Source of the DNA: the human T2T-CHM13v2.0 reference genome, Homo sapiens
Assembly: GCF_009914755.1 (NCBI RefSeq)
Contig: NC_060929.1
Length of the DNA stretch: 64,000 bases
Direction: 5' to 3' (one strand)
Positions 12,493-24,894 of the stretch are shown here, in pieces (the first letter of the stretch is position 1; every line of letters starts with the position of its first letter). Below the pieces are notes generated by a model. That model worked only from the letters and a program-made list of their open reading frames with translations. It was not told where the DNA came from and did no database searches. The position numbers and the translations under genes were made by a program.

Positions 12493-14299
12493 AAAACCCC
12501 AAGGTAGCAGCAGCCTTCAGAAATCTTTTTCCCCATCCTCCCTCTTTGCAGGGCTTGTCCTCAGCCAAGTGTAATAGATGGCTGTATGTTCTTAAAGCTC
12601 TCCTTGGGAAGCCGCCCAGCAGCCTCTGCAGCCTGTTCCAAGCCTAACACTCAAGAGGCCCTTTTAAATGTGTAATATAAATTTGCCCCGCTCTAACCTG
12701 GGGCCCTGCGGGGTACTGGCCTTAACAGCACATGCCTAGGTGAGACACAGGGAGAGAGGCTGACTCATTTCTGTCTCTGCTAAATATCTATTCTCTTATG
12801 TGTACTAGGGAAGCAACACTTTCTAACATTTCTCTTGAGACCTGTGGTTTGGGACTAAGAAGATAATAATGAAAGAAGTTATCTGGCTCTTTAATAAATC
12901 CTGCCATATGCCTGCAACCCCATCGGTACAGATTCTTATCTCAGAGAAGAAATGAGTCTTGAATGCAATCTGCACTGATACTTACCAGAATCCTGTCTAC
13001 AAAATGGGAAGGCAGATCCATATTAGAAATAGGTGTCTGGCAAGGGCAAGAAATGAAAGTGAAGGTCACCAGCAACTAGAAAGAACAGCAGCTTGGATTG
13101 TAGAACCTTGGAGAGGAAGACATTTTGTCAGCCCTGCTGAAAGGCACATAAATGGCAATGATGGTGAGGTGACGTCTCTGCCCTGTGCACTGTCTGTAGA
13201 CATTAAATATCTGGTTCTCTGCTTGATTTTTATGAGGGCAAATTACTAAATGATTTCCATAGCATGAAGGGAAAACAGAGGAGGAGTCCAAGCCCAAATG
13301 CAAGTCTCTGCATTAAAGGAACACTTATCATGGACTTGAGCTGAGGCCAGGCTCAGGGTGCCAGATGGATCTGGAAGGAGCGATTGGAGAATATTTCCTT
13401 TGAAGTTTGGTGGTCAGCTGCTGCCGGCTGTGCTGATGAACCCATCTTGTTCTAGGAAGAGTAAGGCTATTATTTAGAAGGGAGGGAGCCCACATTTGAA
13501 GTTCTGTATTAACATTGCTATAAATGATAAAAAAAACTTTTCATTTCTAGGCAACGTTTAAAGCAACTTGCCTGATGTGGGTTTTGCCCGCTCCCCTTAG
13601 GGTAGTAATTTTTAAAGAGCTTTAATTTAATGGAACAATTAGTATGCCAAGTAATCGCCAGCGGTAGGGGCGATGGTTTGCAAGCCTCCCTGAGCCTGTC
13701 TCTGCCTGGGGAGGGAGCAGGGCGGGGGTGCAGCTCTGTGTGCCCAGGCAAGTGGCAGGTCTTTCAGGATAAATAAAGAGAAGTGGGCCCCTACTCTGCT
13801 CTTGTAGCCCACAGGCTAATGGGATGGGGTGAAGTGGGGAAAGAAGGCATACAATGTGAATCTAAAGTAGAAAGTATAAGGGAAGAAAACACTACAGGGA
13901 ATTCACAACCAGGCAGAGGGGATCCAACGGAGGAGGTATCTTAACATGATCCCCCAAAGGAGCAGAAATTTGGGCAAGAAATGGAGAAGAAAACACCAGA
14001 CTGTGGTGGGCATGTGGGAAACTTTGAGGCATGTTTAGGGAAGAGAGAATCATCAGGTTGGATTGGAATGGAGGGGAGTGTCTGGAGAAAAGTCTGGAAG
14101 AAAAGTCAAGGCAATGTTGTGGAAGGTCTTCCTTTGGGTGGGAAGGGCTGGAGGCTGCCACAGTAGCCCAGGTGAGAGAATGAGCATGCAGCGGCGAACG
14201 GGTGGGCAGAATGCACAGAAGAGCTACTGCAGATAAGGCTATTATTTAGAAGGGAAGGAGCCCACATTTAAAGTTCTGTATTAACATTGCTACAAATGA

Positions 14300-14578
14300 A
14301 AGTGGTTCTCCATTGTGGCTGCACATCAGAGTCACCAGGGAAACTTAAAAACTAGTGTTGCCTGGACCACATGACCAGAGATTCTGGTTTAAGTGGTCTG
14401 GGATGTGGCCCTGGGCATCAGGATTTTTTAAAAGCTCCCCATGATTACTTATTCTAAGTTGCAGCCAGGGTTGAGAACCACTGGTTGTAGCAGATTCTGA
14501 TTCAATGGGCTGAGGCCTGTTCTAGAAAGCTCGAGGCAATGTTAGTGATGCTGGCCCATAGACCACTTTTTGAGTAGG
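14300..14578. mobile_element. MER5-family hAT MITE (14300-14483) plus adjacent MER5A fragment
   Basis: TIRs AGTGGTTCTC...GAGAACCACT; following gcagattctgattca...gaccactttttgagtag. Confidence 0.75.
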
Positions 14579-15049
14579 ACTTGACCATGCCACATCAGCA
14601 CAGCACTTGCCTGCATTTTCACTTCTCTAGGGAGGAGAAATTCCAAAAATACTTTGACCTTTTTTCATCTGCTATTCCCTGGGATGTTGGGCCCTGCTAA
14701 GAGAGGGCTGCCTCATTCACTGGTGGTTGTTGCTCTTCAAGGACAAATGGAGACTTCAAACTGGAACACACACATCCTTGGGGCTACAGGAAGACCTTTT
14801 AGGGAGCATGCATAATTTTTACCAGAATCAACTTCCAAGTCCCCATTTTCCACAAGTGCCCTCTCCTAGAACAGATCAGCCTAAGCATGCGCCTCCCCTC
14901 TGCTGATGCTCCTACTTCCCTTTCCTCAACCTCCCTTCTTCATGAAGGCAAGATTTCCCTCTTACCAGCTTACCATGGGGCATTGTGCCAGGACTTCTAA
15001 CAAAGGGGAATTAGAAAAGGCAGCCTCTCAATGTTCAATTAGAGTTTAT

Positions 15050-15660
15050 AATAATAGCAAACATTTATACAGAAGTGTGGAGCAGTCCTTTTTCTAAGTA
15101 CTTTACATAAAATTATCTCATATAAACCTCCTAATAGTCCTGTAAGTAGGTATTATTCTTATTCTCAATTTGCAGAAAACATTGACATAGAAGCAGTTAA
15201 GTAACTCATCCAAGGCTGGTATGAGGGACAGAGTTGAGATATGGCAGAGATTTTCTATCAACTGCATAAACTCAATCTAAAGTTCCAATATTTTGACAAA
15301 AACATAATGTAATGCTCATATTCAAAATACAATGCTCTGACATCTTTTACAGTTATTTAAACACATGATAAAAAATCTTTATAAGTCAACTTTAAAATGT
15401 GCAAAAAAGGTCAATTCTTTGAGTTGGGTTGTGAGCAAAATATTTGAAGATCATTGATTTTGAGCCAAACAGCCCTGGCTATGACTCTTGGCTTAGTCAC
15501 TATGCCATCTTGGCCAAATCCCACTCTTTCTGAGGCTTAGTCTCTCATCTGTAAAAATGGGGACAACCATCTCAGCAGGGTTGTTGAAAAGATCAAATGA
15601 GACAGCCCAAGAAGTGGCCTGGCCTGCAGCCAACTCAGGGTGAATGGCAAGTATTATTAA
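15050..15660. mobile_element. Two MIR fragments in opposite orientation (~15055-15230 minus, ~15470-15660 plus)
   Basis: MIR cores: gttaagtaactcatccaagg and tagtctctcatctgtaaaaatggg. Confidence 0.6.
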
Positions 15661-18600
15661 TGTGGTTGGCGTCTGGCAAATCTTGGCATGTGGTAAGAGC
15701 TCCATGAATGTGAGTGCCCTTCCCCTTAGTAATGGTTCCCAGATTTGATTCCCATGGAAGCCTAGACATCTTGTGGAGAGGGAGGGGGTAGCATGAGGCC
15801 CCCAAGTTTCATGCCTCCCATTGTTTTCCCTTTTCAACTTCCTCAAAGAACATCTCAAAATGCACCTCCCCCAAGTTGCCTTCCCTGACTAATACAGCTT
15901 CACAGTGACCTTTCTCTTTCATCATTTGACTGGCTCATGCCAGGCACTCCATAGTTAATTAACCAATGAATGAATGAATACCGGGAATGGGGTAGTGAAG
16001 AAGGCAGGCATTATCCCTGCCCTCATCAAACTTGCCGTCTGGTAGAGAAAACAGACATGTCACTGATAGATGCTATGGTGGGAGAAGAAAAGGAGCCAGT
16101 AAAAGCCCACAGAAAGGGCACCTACCCAGGCTGAAGGCATCAAGGAAGGCCTCCCAGAGAAAGTGTGGTCTAAATTAAAATCTCATGGACACATGGAAGC
16201 CAGACAGCAAGAATAAAGGTCTGTGTTCACAGGTTTGGAGGTGGAAAAAAAGCATGCTAGGTTCAGAGAACTGAAAATATTTTAGTAAATTGGCTATAAA
16301 AATGTATGTTTTCCAGTCTTGAACTTGATTTCTTGCCTTTCCTTGGCCTTCACAGACAATGGTGTGCTTCTGGAAGACATGAAGGACCTTCTACATCTTT
16401 TGTGTTTACCCTGTATTTGCTTGACTATGCAATATCCACAGCTGACACTTTAATAAATGCTTAGTGGGTGTGGAACTTACTAGAAAAGGAGACCTCTCCG
16501 AAGCTTCCTTGGAGCTCATTTCATACATTCCCTGGGCCTGGGCAGCACTGTATAGAATCCCTTCTGGCCAGAAAGGGGCTAACAGAATCCACCTACTGGC
16601 CCTTAAGACATGTATCTACAGGAAGCCATGCTCTGAAATATCTTTTCATGCATTATCCCAAACTCAGGGTTATGTATTAATAGGAGCATTTCACCTGCAA
16701 GGGATATTCATAACCAGTGGCCTTGGGGCTGGGGCTCTGATCCTGTGGGATGGATGAATGGCAATGGATGGCTTGTCTCATTCTGCATTTCCTGTCCAAG
16801 ACCAAGGAAAGGCACAGGGTTGGCAGGAGGGATGAGAGAGCAGGATTGTCCATTCAGACTCTGGCTCTATCATGGACAGGTCAGATCCAGTCACCAGTAG
16901 ATGGACTCGGCCTTTCTTGCTGTCCCAAAGTGGCCCTTGCTAGCCATCTGTTCTCCTCTTCTCACACCCTTCAAGGCTTTCTGATCAAGTCCACAAAATT
17001 GACTCGTGCAAATGACACTGGGAAATAAGCTGTGGTCACCAACAAGTCAAAACCAGCTGAGATCGGATATTTCTTTTGAGGCATGAAAACAAAGATTTTT
17101 GGTAATCTTTTAGAGCATTCCTAGCTGGAAACATTTCCCGGAAATCCATAAGTTAAGTGCTCCTTGTGTCCTAGAGAGCAATGAAATTTATTCTTACACC
17201 ATCCACACCAACTGAACGCTAGTTATGATAGGCTCTAAGGTGGTCCATGATACCATCGCATACATAGGTAAGCTTACTTCCTGTGTGTCTGCTGGAGAAA
17301 GCTGTGTTTATGCCAAATGAATTTATGTTTCCAGTTTTCAAAATTCAGAGCTGATTTTCCCTGGTTTGTGGCAAGCGGGTTGGCCAGCAAATGAAAATCA
17401 GCAGGAGGAGACTTTCCCAAAAGTCAAAGGAGGATGGAAGCAGAATGTGAGAAGTCTGAGCTCAGCTAGCCTGGTCTCCAAGCCTTGGGCAACATGCAGC
17501 CTGCCTGGTACGTGACCAAGGTCTGAGGTCAAAGGTGAGATTCCACACACATGGAGACAGGCCAGTTGAACCATGCCAGAAACTACCACTTCCTAAGTGC
17601 ACATCTTTTCTCTACTGAAAGCAGACCCAACTGTCCTTAGTGAGTCCTTTAATATGTCTGTTTTGTGTCATGCGTATGTGACTCCTCTTAGGCACCCTGA
17701 AGTCAGGAACAATCTTCTCTCACCTCTCCCCTCCAGAACACTAGCGGAAGCAACCATTTCATCTATGATAAGAATAGGACCCTGAGCTGACGACTTCCTG
17801 CATATCATTTCCTTGGTGATGAGATGTTTTTACCCCAAATCCAGCCGTGTCTTTCCCTGTTGTTTAGGATTATTAGATGTATGCACTTTTCTACCACCTT
17901 CTTCTTCAAGAGACATCTTGCACTGAGGTTCTTGTGTCATTTGCTGTTCCTAGCGTATGCCAGGTAAACATTCAGCAAGAGGCAAATGCTTTCAGCCACG
18001 TGAGACCTCTGAAAGGAAAACACAAGCAGGCTTTCTGCCGGAACCAGTAGCCGCCTGCTGTTAGCTGGGGAGAAAGGACTTTCATTCGTTTTTGTCATCA
18101 AGCTGATACTGTGCCAACACCCACATCTGGAAACAGTTATCAAGAAAGAAGAGGCATGCAAGCCTGGGTCTCATGACCCTGCAGCCTTCCTTTCTGCTGC
18201 TCTATTTATTAACATACTGATTTAGAGTGATCAACCTATGTCCCCGGAGTAAGTTACAGAAACTAAATTTTTAAAAGGCCACTGCCGTCACACCACTTCA
18301 CGAAAACAGGCCAAGGTCTAACTTATGGGGTCTTGGATGGAGTTTGTATCTAAATAAACACATTTTAAAGTTGCTTATTGTGTTGTACTTTAATCACTGA
18401 GCCAAGCCTTTTTAAGCTTTGTCTTGAGCTCTGTGCCCCTCCTCAGCTTGGCAGAACTCTGTCCTGTCAGTCTCAAGGGCTTGATAGAATTTGTACTTAT
18501 TGGATCTGGACACACAGATAGAGGAGTCTGTTATTTGCACATCACACAGACCCACACACACAGATACACACTTGTTGCCCTTCCTTGCCTCCTTCACTGT

Positions 18601-19825
18601 AAGTAACTAGAAATTTAAGAAGGAACCTGAATTATGTTTGTGTAGCACCAGTGCTATGTGATGTTAGTTGCTGATCGTGCCCCAAAGGTATAAATAGACT
18701 CCACAAGGGCTAGGGGCCTACCTTGAGGCTTATTGGTTTTGGAGTTTGAAAAGTGCCCACAGAGAAGACTTGAACCTATCTTTGAGAAGGACCAAATCAA
18801 GTCATAAGATATTTAGTAGATCTCTCTACAATAGAGGGAGGAATAAACGTGGCCATTAAGAGTGAATACAGAGGAAAGCATTTCTTTCAGGCTTATATAT
18901 GTCTCAGGAATTGTAAAGCGCTAACAAGAACCAGAAATTCAGACCAGCAATCCTGTCTCTAGTACTAACCCCGTCTCCGGTTTCTGTTTTGATGAGTTGC
19001 AGTCTACCTTGATGACTTGGCTTCACTGTCCACCAGATGATGAATCATCCCTTCTGGGAAGAATCTGGTTTCCCTCCGGCTACCCCAAACTCCCCCCGCC
19101 AATCCTTGCTACCCTCCCACCCCCGTTGTGTGGTGTGTGGTTGGGTACTTCCCTTTGGAGTCCTTTTGGGTATAGCCATGCATTTGGCACTTATTTCATT
19201 GTATATGTGCCTGGCTCCCCACCAGAGAATGACTCACTTGTGTCTAGAACCGTAATAAGCAGCCGACTGCTGGGCTCCTAACATGAACTCAGTAAATATT
19301 GGTAGAATCGATCAAGAACCACTTTCTGGAGCAAGCTGGTTGTTCATATGTTGTCAGTAGTAGTTTTTAAAAATAATGTAGAATAACAGGACTAACTGAA
19401 CTTCTGGTTAGACTGTTACTTCAGGAATGTGCTAACTAACGTGGGAAAATCTTTTCTAGGCACCCTGGAGGTCATTTTAATTTTTTTGTTGTCCTGGGAT
19501 TTTGGTGTATCAAATGTTCATTGAAATGACCGTGCCACGAGTTTGAAGATTTCTCAGGCACATTTAATTGCTATTTCATCAGTAATTAAATGAGGAATTA
19601 AAGGTTGTTGAGGATTACTAAGCAATTCTAGTTGATCCACTGAAAGGAATGCTGATTCATGGTCATCTAGAGAGTGATCCAGCAGCTCAGGTCCCCTGTC
19701 TGTCTGGAGAAGGGGATGAGTGGCTGCGTGCTGGCTGCTTTCTTCCCCAAGCCTGCCTCACTTACCACAGCAGCTGCTAGAGTCTTGCTCAGTGAAAATG
19801 TGTTCAAGGGAGAAGGTTTGAAGGT

Positions 19826-20187
19826 TGTATTAGTTCGTTTTCATGCTGCTGTTAAAGACATACCTGAGACTGGGTAATTTATACAGAAAAAGAGGTTTAA
19901 TGGACTCACAGTTCCACGTGGCTGGGGAGGCCTCACAATCATGGTGGAAGGTGAAATGCATGTCTTACACGGTGGCAGACAAGAGAGAATGTGAGCCAAG
20001 CAAAAGAGATTTCCCCTTATAAAATCATCAGATCTCATGAGAGTTATTCATTACCACGAGAACAGTATGGGGGAAGGTACCACCATGATTCGATTATCTC
20101 CCACCCGGTCCCTCCCACAACACGTGGGAATTATGGGAGCTACAGTTCAAGATGGGATTTGGGTGGGGACGCAGCCAAACCATATCA
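19826..20187 (-). mobile_element. THE1 (MaLR) solo LTR
   Basis: tgtattagttcgttttcatgctgctg...gactcacagttccacgtggctggggaggcctcacaatcatgg...cagccaaaccatatca; about 360 bp. Confidence 0.9.
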
Positions 20188-20231
20188 AGGATTTTCCAAA
20201 AATATGCAACTACCCTAGCTGGGGAGGGGGT

Positions 20232-20465
20232 GCATAGTGGTTTAGGTAGGACAAGTACTTAGGGCTGGGCTGCCTGTGTTCAAGTGCTGGCTCTCCTACC
20301 CACTAGCTTTGTCACCACTCCAACAAACTTCTTCACCTCTCCAGCCTTGCCTTCTTCATCTGGAAAACAGAAAAGAGAACAGTACTCAACCCATAAGAGT
20401 ATTTTAAGGATGGAATGACTTAACACATAAAGGTATTGAGAATAGTACCTGACATTGGTAAACTC
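20232..20465 (+). mobile_element. MIR
   Basis: gcatagtggttta...ttcaagtgctggctct...cttcatctggaaaac...agaatagtacctgacat. Confidence 0.55.
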
Positions 20466-23339
20466 TTATTTTTCTTTAATAAGCCAGTATTCTACGTGGG
20501 CACATGCATGCACTGTTTTTTTTTTCCTACTGTTTTTTTTTTTCCTTCTGCTTTCTTCCCTGCATCATTCTCAAACGTATAGCCTTTCCTAAACATAGCC
20601 TCATCTGGAGGAAGCTTGGAGGCTAATTCTTGCTTTTGTTGTCTTTAGAAGCAGAAATCATTCTAAACATTTGTATCTTAACTACAGAGCACTATGTGGT
20701 TTATGTAGAGCACAGCATTCACCCCATTCCTGTCCCAGTGAAATATGAGGAGTCCCATGGATGGAAGACTGAGGAAGAAAATGCTGGGAAAGACTGGGGA
20801 AGGGTGTGTTATGGCTGGCCTGCCACTGGGCCCAGTGCCCAATCGTTAGATGAGGGGCAGTGGAGGGTCCAGAGAAGTCTGGGGTGGGTATCATGGGGCA
20901 CTCTACATGGGGTTTAATTTTTGTCCTTTCATGCCAGGGCAAAGGTGCTGATCTGGACAATGAGCAAGTTCTAAAATGTTAAAACCAGCAGGCAAAATAT
21001 GGTGGCTCTCATCTCACCAGCTCTTTAGCCTGCACAAATTAATTTCTATACCATGGATTTGAATGTCCAGGGTGTTTTGGAGTAGGGTGGATCGGGTCAG
21101 GATAGCAGCAAATTCTTAGGAATTTTGAAAATGGCTCTCAGGATGGCTGCTGTGGAGCCATCAGTCATGGCTGCATCAACCCTGCTTCCCCTTTCTACCT
21201 TCTAATGCTGGCACAACATTGCAGCTGGGGAAGCAGAGACTTTCTTTCACCTAGCATGAGGGAGCTTCCAAAGGATCAGGATGTGATGTTGGGAGCACCG
21301 GCCCCAGAGAAGCTCGATCCTTCTCCTTCGTGCTGGGACTTAAGGCCTGTGCTAGGGAAGCTGGAGAGGGAGCCAGGTCCGATGTTCTTTAAAGCCCTTC
21401 AGAATCCCTGCCTGACCCAGAGGGCCACGCAAATGAGTCTAGTCCACAGCATATGGTGGAGCAGTCACCTACAGCAGAGCCAACAAATGTCTTTGTCTAT
21501 TCTGACCACTCTATTAGAATAAGTGTGAATTATGCTAGAAAGAATTTAGGAAGCCAGTCAACTGATGGATCCGCAAATGCTAACTGGGCTCCGTGCTGAC
21601 TTATTAGGAGGCTGTTAGAGAATCAGAGGAACAAACACATGGGCTCACTGTGATGACGGATGTTAGACTTCAAAAAGGAGAGGCTCCATCCAGTGGGAGA
21701 GCCACGGAAGGGAGACCAGCTGAAAAAACAGCAGCCCAGAGAGGTGAAGGAATTTGCCTGAGCAAAGCTTCTTAGCAAAGCTGGTTTTGGAGGGAGAGTA
21801 TCGCATACGTGTGTAGAGGCAAAGAAGGAGCACAGTGCTCACTACACGGGGAGCAGAGCAAGGCTGGGGGTGGGGGGCTGAGTGGGTGGAAGAGGCACAG
21901 GCTGGCCCTGCAAGAGCCCAGGCTGAGACTGGGACACAGGGAAAGCAGGTTACATGAAGCAAAGGGGGAATTTTGCAGAGGACTTTAGAAGCCAGGTACA
22001 GTAGAAAGAGGGCAATACATGGGAAGTTCTTTCAGTATAGGGATTATGGATGTGTGTGTTCCTCTTATCTAGCCTTTTCAGTATTTTTTAAGGTTTTTCT
22101 TTTTTTGGTAATGTGCCTGTATTCCTTTTTAACATGGTGGGGTGCTGGGGAGGATAAAATGTTCATCAAAAAAATAAATAAACAATCAGAGAAGTCTGGA
22201 TTTTCTTTTACAAACAATAGAAGCCATCGGGAGTGTCCTAGGAGTGCAGTGTTTTGGTAGAAGTGTTTTAGGAAGATAAGACCAGCCACGTTGGGAGATG
22301 GTTGGCTGGGGTGGCAGCTGATGTCAGACTGGCTGGAGGCTGTGGGTGGTGAGAGGTAAGGCAGTGGGGAGCTGGAGTATTTGAGTAGCAAAAGAGGGAA
22401 CAGAAGCATCTAGGAGAGATTTGGAAAGAACACCTGCAGGATCTTGGTGACTGATTGCACGTGGGGGACCAGAGAGCAGGGACAGGCAAAACTGAATGCA
22501 AGGTTTCCAACCTTGAGCGGCACCACAGGCAAGAATGAAGAAATGAAGAAGGGGAGCTGGACGAAAGAGCCAAGGGATTTCCGCATTTTGGAATGAATTG
22601 CTGCTGGGTGGTGTCCATTTCCCTGAAGGCCTTTATCCTACGTGCAAGAAAACTCGTGGGAAGCAGAGGAAAGGCATGTGTAAGCCAACAATCATCTGTG
22701 GGCATCCTTCCACTAAAGTATTTGAGGTCAGGCAACTAAAGCAACCTCAAAAGTGCCTCTGGATTCTTCTTAGATATTTTAGCTGAGCCAAATCAATGAA
22801 ACTCTCATGAAAAATCGGTTTCCCTGGAAAATGAAATTGGGTTCTAACCAACAAGTAGCATTTGGCAGGCCCTGATTAAGAAAGCCAGTGTTTGGAGAAG
22901 TTGTGAAAACAGCCAAGTCATTTAAGAAACTAAACACTGGGGCCTAATGCCATTCTAGGGCTGCGACGGCTGTTCTGTTCCCATCAATTGCAGAGCCCGA
23001 AGCCTCAAGTTTGTTTTAAGTTCCTGCCATTACAAACCTGTCGATTATCCCAGCCTCCCTTGCGGGCTTTGAAAAGAGAGAAGAATGGAAGGTGACTGTG
23101 GCCAATTTCCCCTCCCTGTCCAGTGTGTGGAAGACACTGAATATGCAACTACTGACCTTGTGCCTGGGCATCTTGAAGGTCTTCCACAAAGTGAGCTGGG
23201 CCTCAGCGGAAGATGAGAGTTCCTCTGTGGTCACTTCACTGGTACACATTTTCAGGTGTATTTCGTTTCTTCCATGCCTACATAAATTGAATCCTCTGTT
23301 AACCACCTCTGAGCTCATAGCTATTTAACATGACCCTGT

Positions 23340-23552
23340 AGTCCTGTGCATACAAATCACCTTGGGATCTGGTGAAAATGCAGATTCAGTGGGTCTTGGG
23401 AGGTTGGGAGGTTATAAGATTCCACGTTTCTTCATGAGAGCTAGAAAAAATAAATAAATAAATAAAAAATTTTTAAATTTTCCACATTTCTAATGAACTC
23501 TGGGGTTGTGCTGATGATGCTGTTTTGCAGATCACATTTTGAGTGGTAAGAC
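23340..23552. mobile_element. MER5-family fragment
   Basis: aatcaccttgggatctggtgaaaatgcagattc...atttctaatgaactc...gatcacattttgagtgg. Confidence 0.55.
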
Positions 23553-24894
23553 TGTGGAAAATCCTTGAGAAATCAATCCAAAATCCCCTAAATGGTACTA
23601 CAATCACACCTTAATGTTAGTAAACTGAGATGTTTCTTACCTTTATTTGTAACATGGAAAAAACAATTACTGTATATGAAGTACCATTCTAAGTTCTGTG
23701 TGTTACACAAGGGATGGCAATTTTCCCCCAAATTTGATTCACATCTTTTCATTTGGATATCTCTTGCCAAAACTCACCTTTTTTTCTCCCTAGCAAGTCT
23801 TGGGGAGCTGAATTTTAAGAGCTCTTTATTTAGCTATATGGTGGCCTCTGAAAATGATTTTGACTGTATCTTCTGTCTCCATGTATGCCCAAGCATCACC
23901 AGGAACTTTAGGGAGTAAGGAAAAGGCAGGCCTGGTGTCAGCTGGGCTGCAGATGCCAGCTCTCCCACCAACAGGCCCAGAACCAGTTTCTTTCCTAGGT
24001 TCCTTTGTGAAGAACTTGTTGGAACTACTAATTTATCATGATGCATAAAGCTTGTTGTCATACCCTACAGTATTATTTTCAAAACCTGAATGTTTTTGGT
24101 GACCTTTCATGTGCCACAAAATGTAAAAGCAGTCATTTTTTAAAAAGTGCTTGAAAAAGTCTAGTAAAGATTCTTCCAAGCAAGCCTCACTTTCTCCTGT
24201 TTAGATTGTTTAATCTGGAAGGAAAAAATTCTTTCTCAAATGACAGGGTTTCTGGTGCTCTGTGTTTGCCTGGTTGGCTCTGGGTCATCTGGGGATGGAG
24301 GGTCCCTGCTCTTACCTCCAGCAGCATCACTCTTGTCTCCAAAGAAGCAGCAACCTCAGGTGGGAGAATGGTTATACTCACAGCATTCTGCTTTTCATGT
24401 TTGAAAGAGGGGATGGGTGGTGGGGCATGGATGTGGGATTTTAAAAAAATATCTAAACCATAAATAAAGTATTACTGCAATCTCTTTACTGAGCTCATGG
24501 AAAAACTCAAGTCATCGAATGTTAGTTTTGCAGACTGGAGAAGTGAGGTCCAGTGAACTTGCTTGACTTGCCCTAAATCTTGCTAGAGAGAGAGCTGGAA
24601 CCAGATGGCAGGGCTCCTGGCCTCTTACATACAAGGAGCATTTTTCCTAGAAACTGCAATGCAGCCAAATTCTACTGGTCTCAGGGGAAACTTGTTCTGG
24701 GAGTCAGCCTGAGCTTGAATCCCTTTGGGTTCTTCCCATTATCCTATGCCAAGCAGTCATGCTGAAACCGAGAAATGTTTTGCTTTCAATAAATGAAATG
24801 AGCATTTTCAGATAATTATTTCTGTAGTTGCTCAAAACTATCATATTGTTTCATTGAACCCTACTATATAGAACAATGACTGGGGAGAGGTAAT

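Noticed and set aside
13655-13675. CTCF-like motif GCCAGCGGTAGGGGCGA
   Set aside because: Spacing does not fit the core consensus well; it needs a PWM scan or ChIP data.
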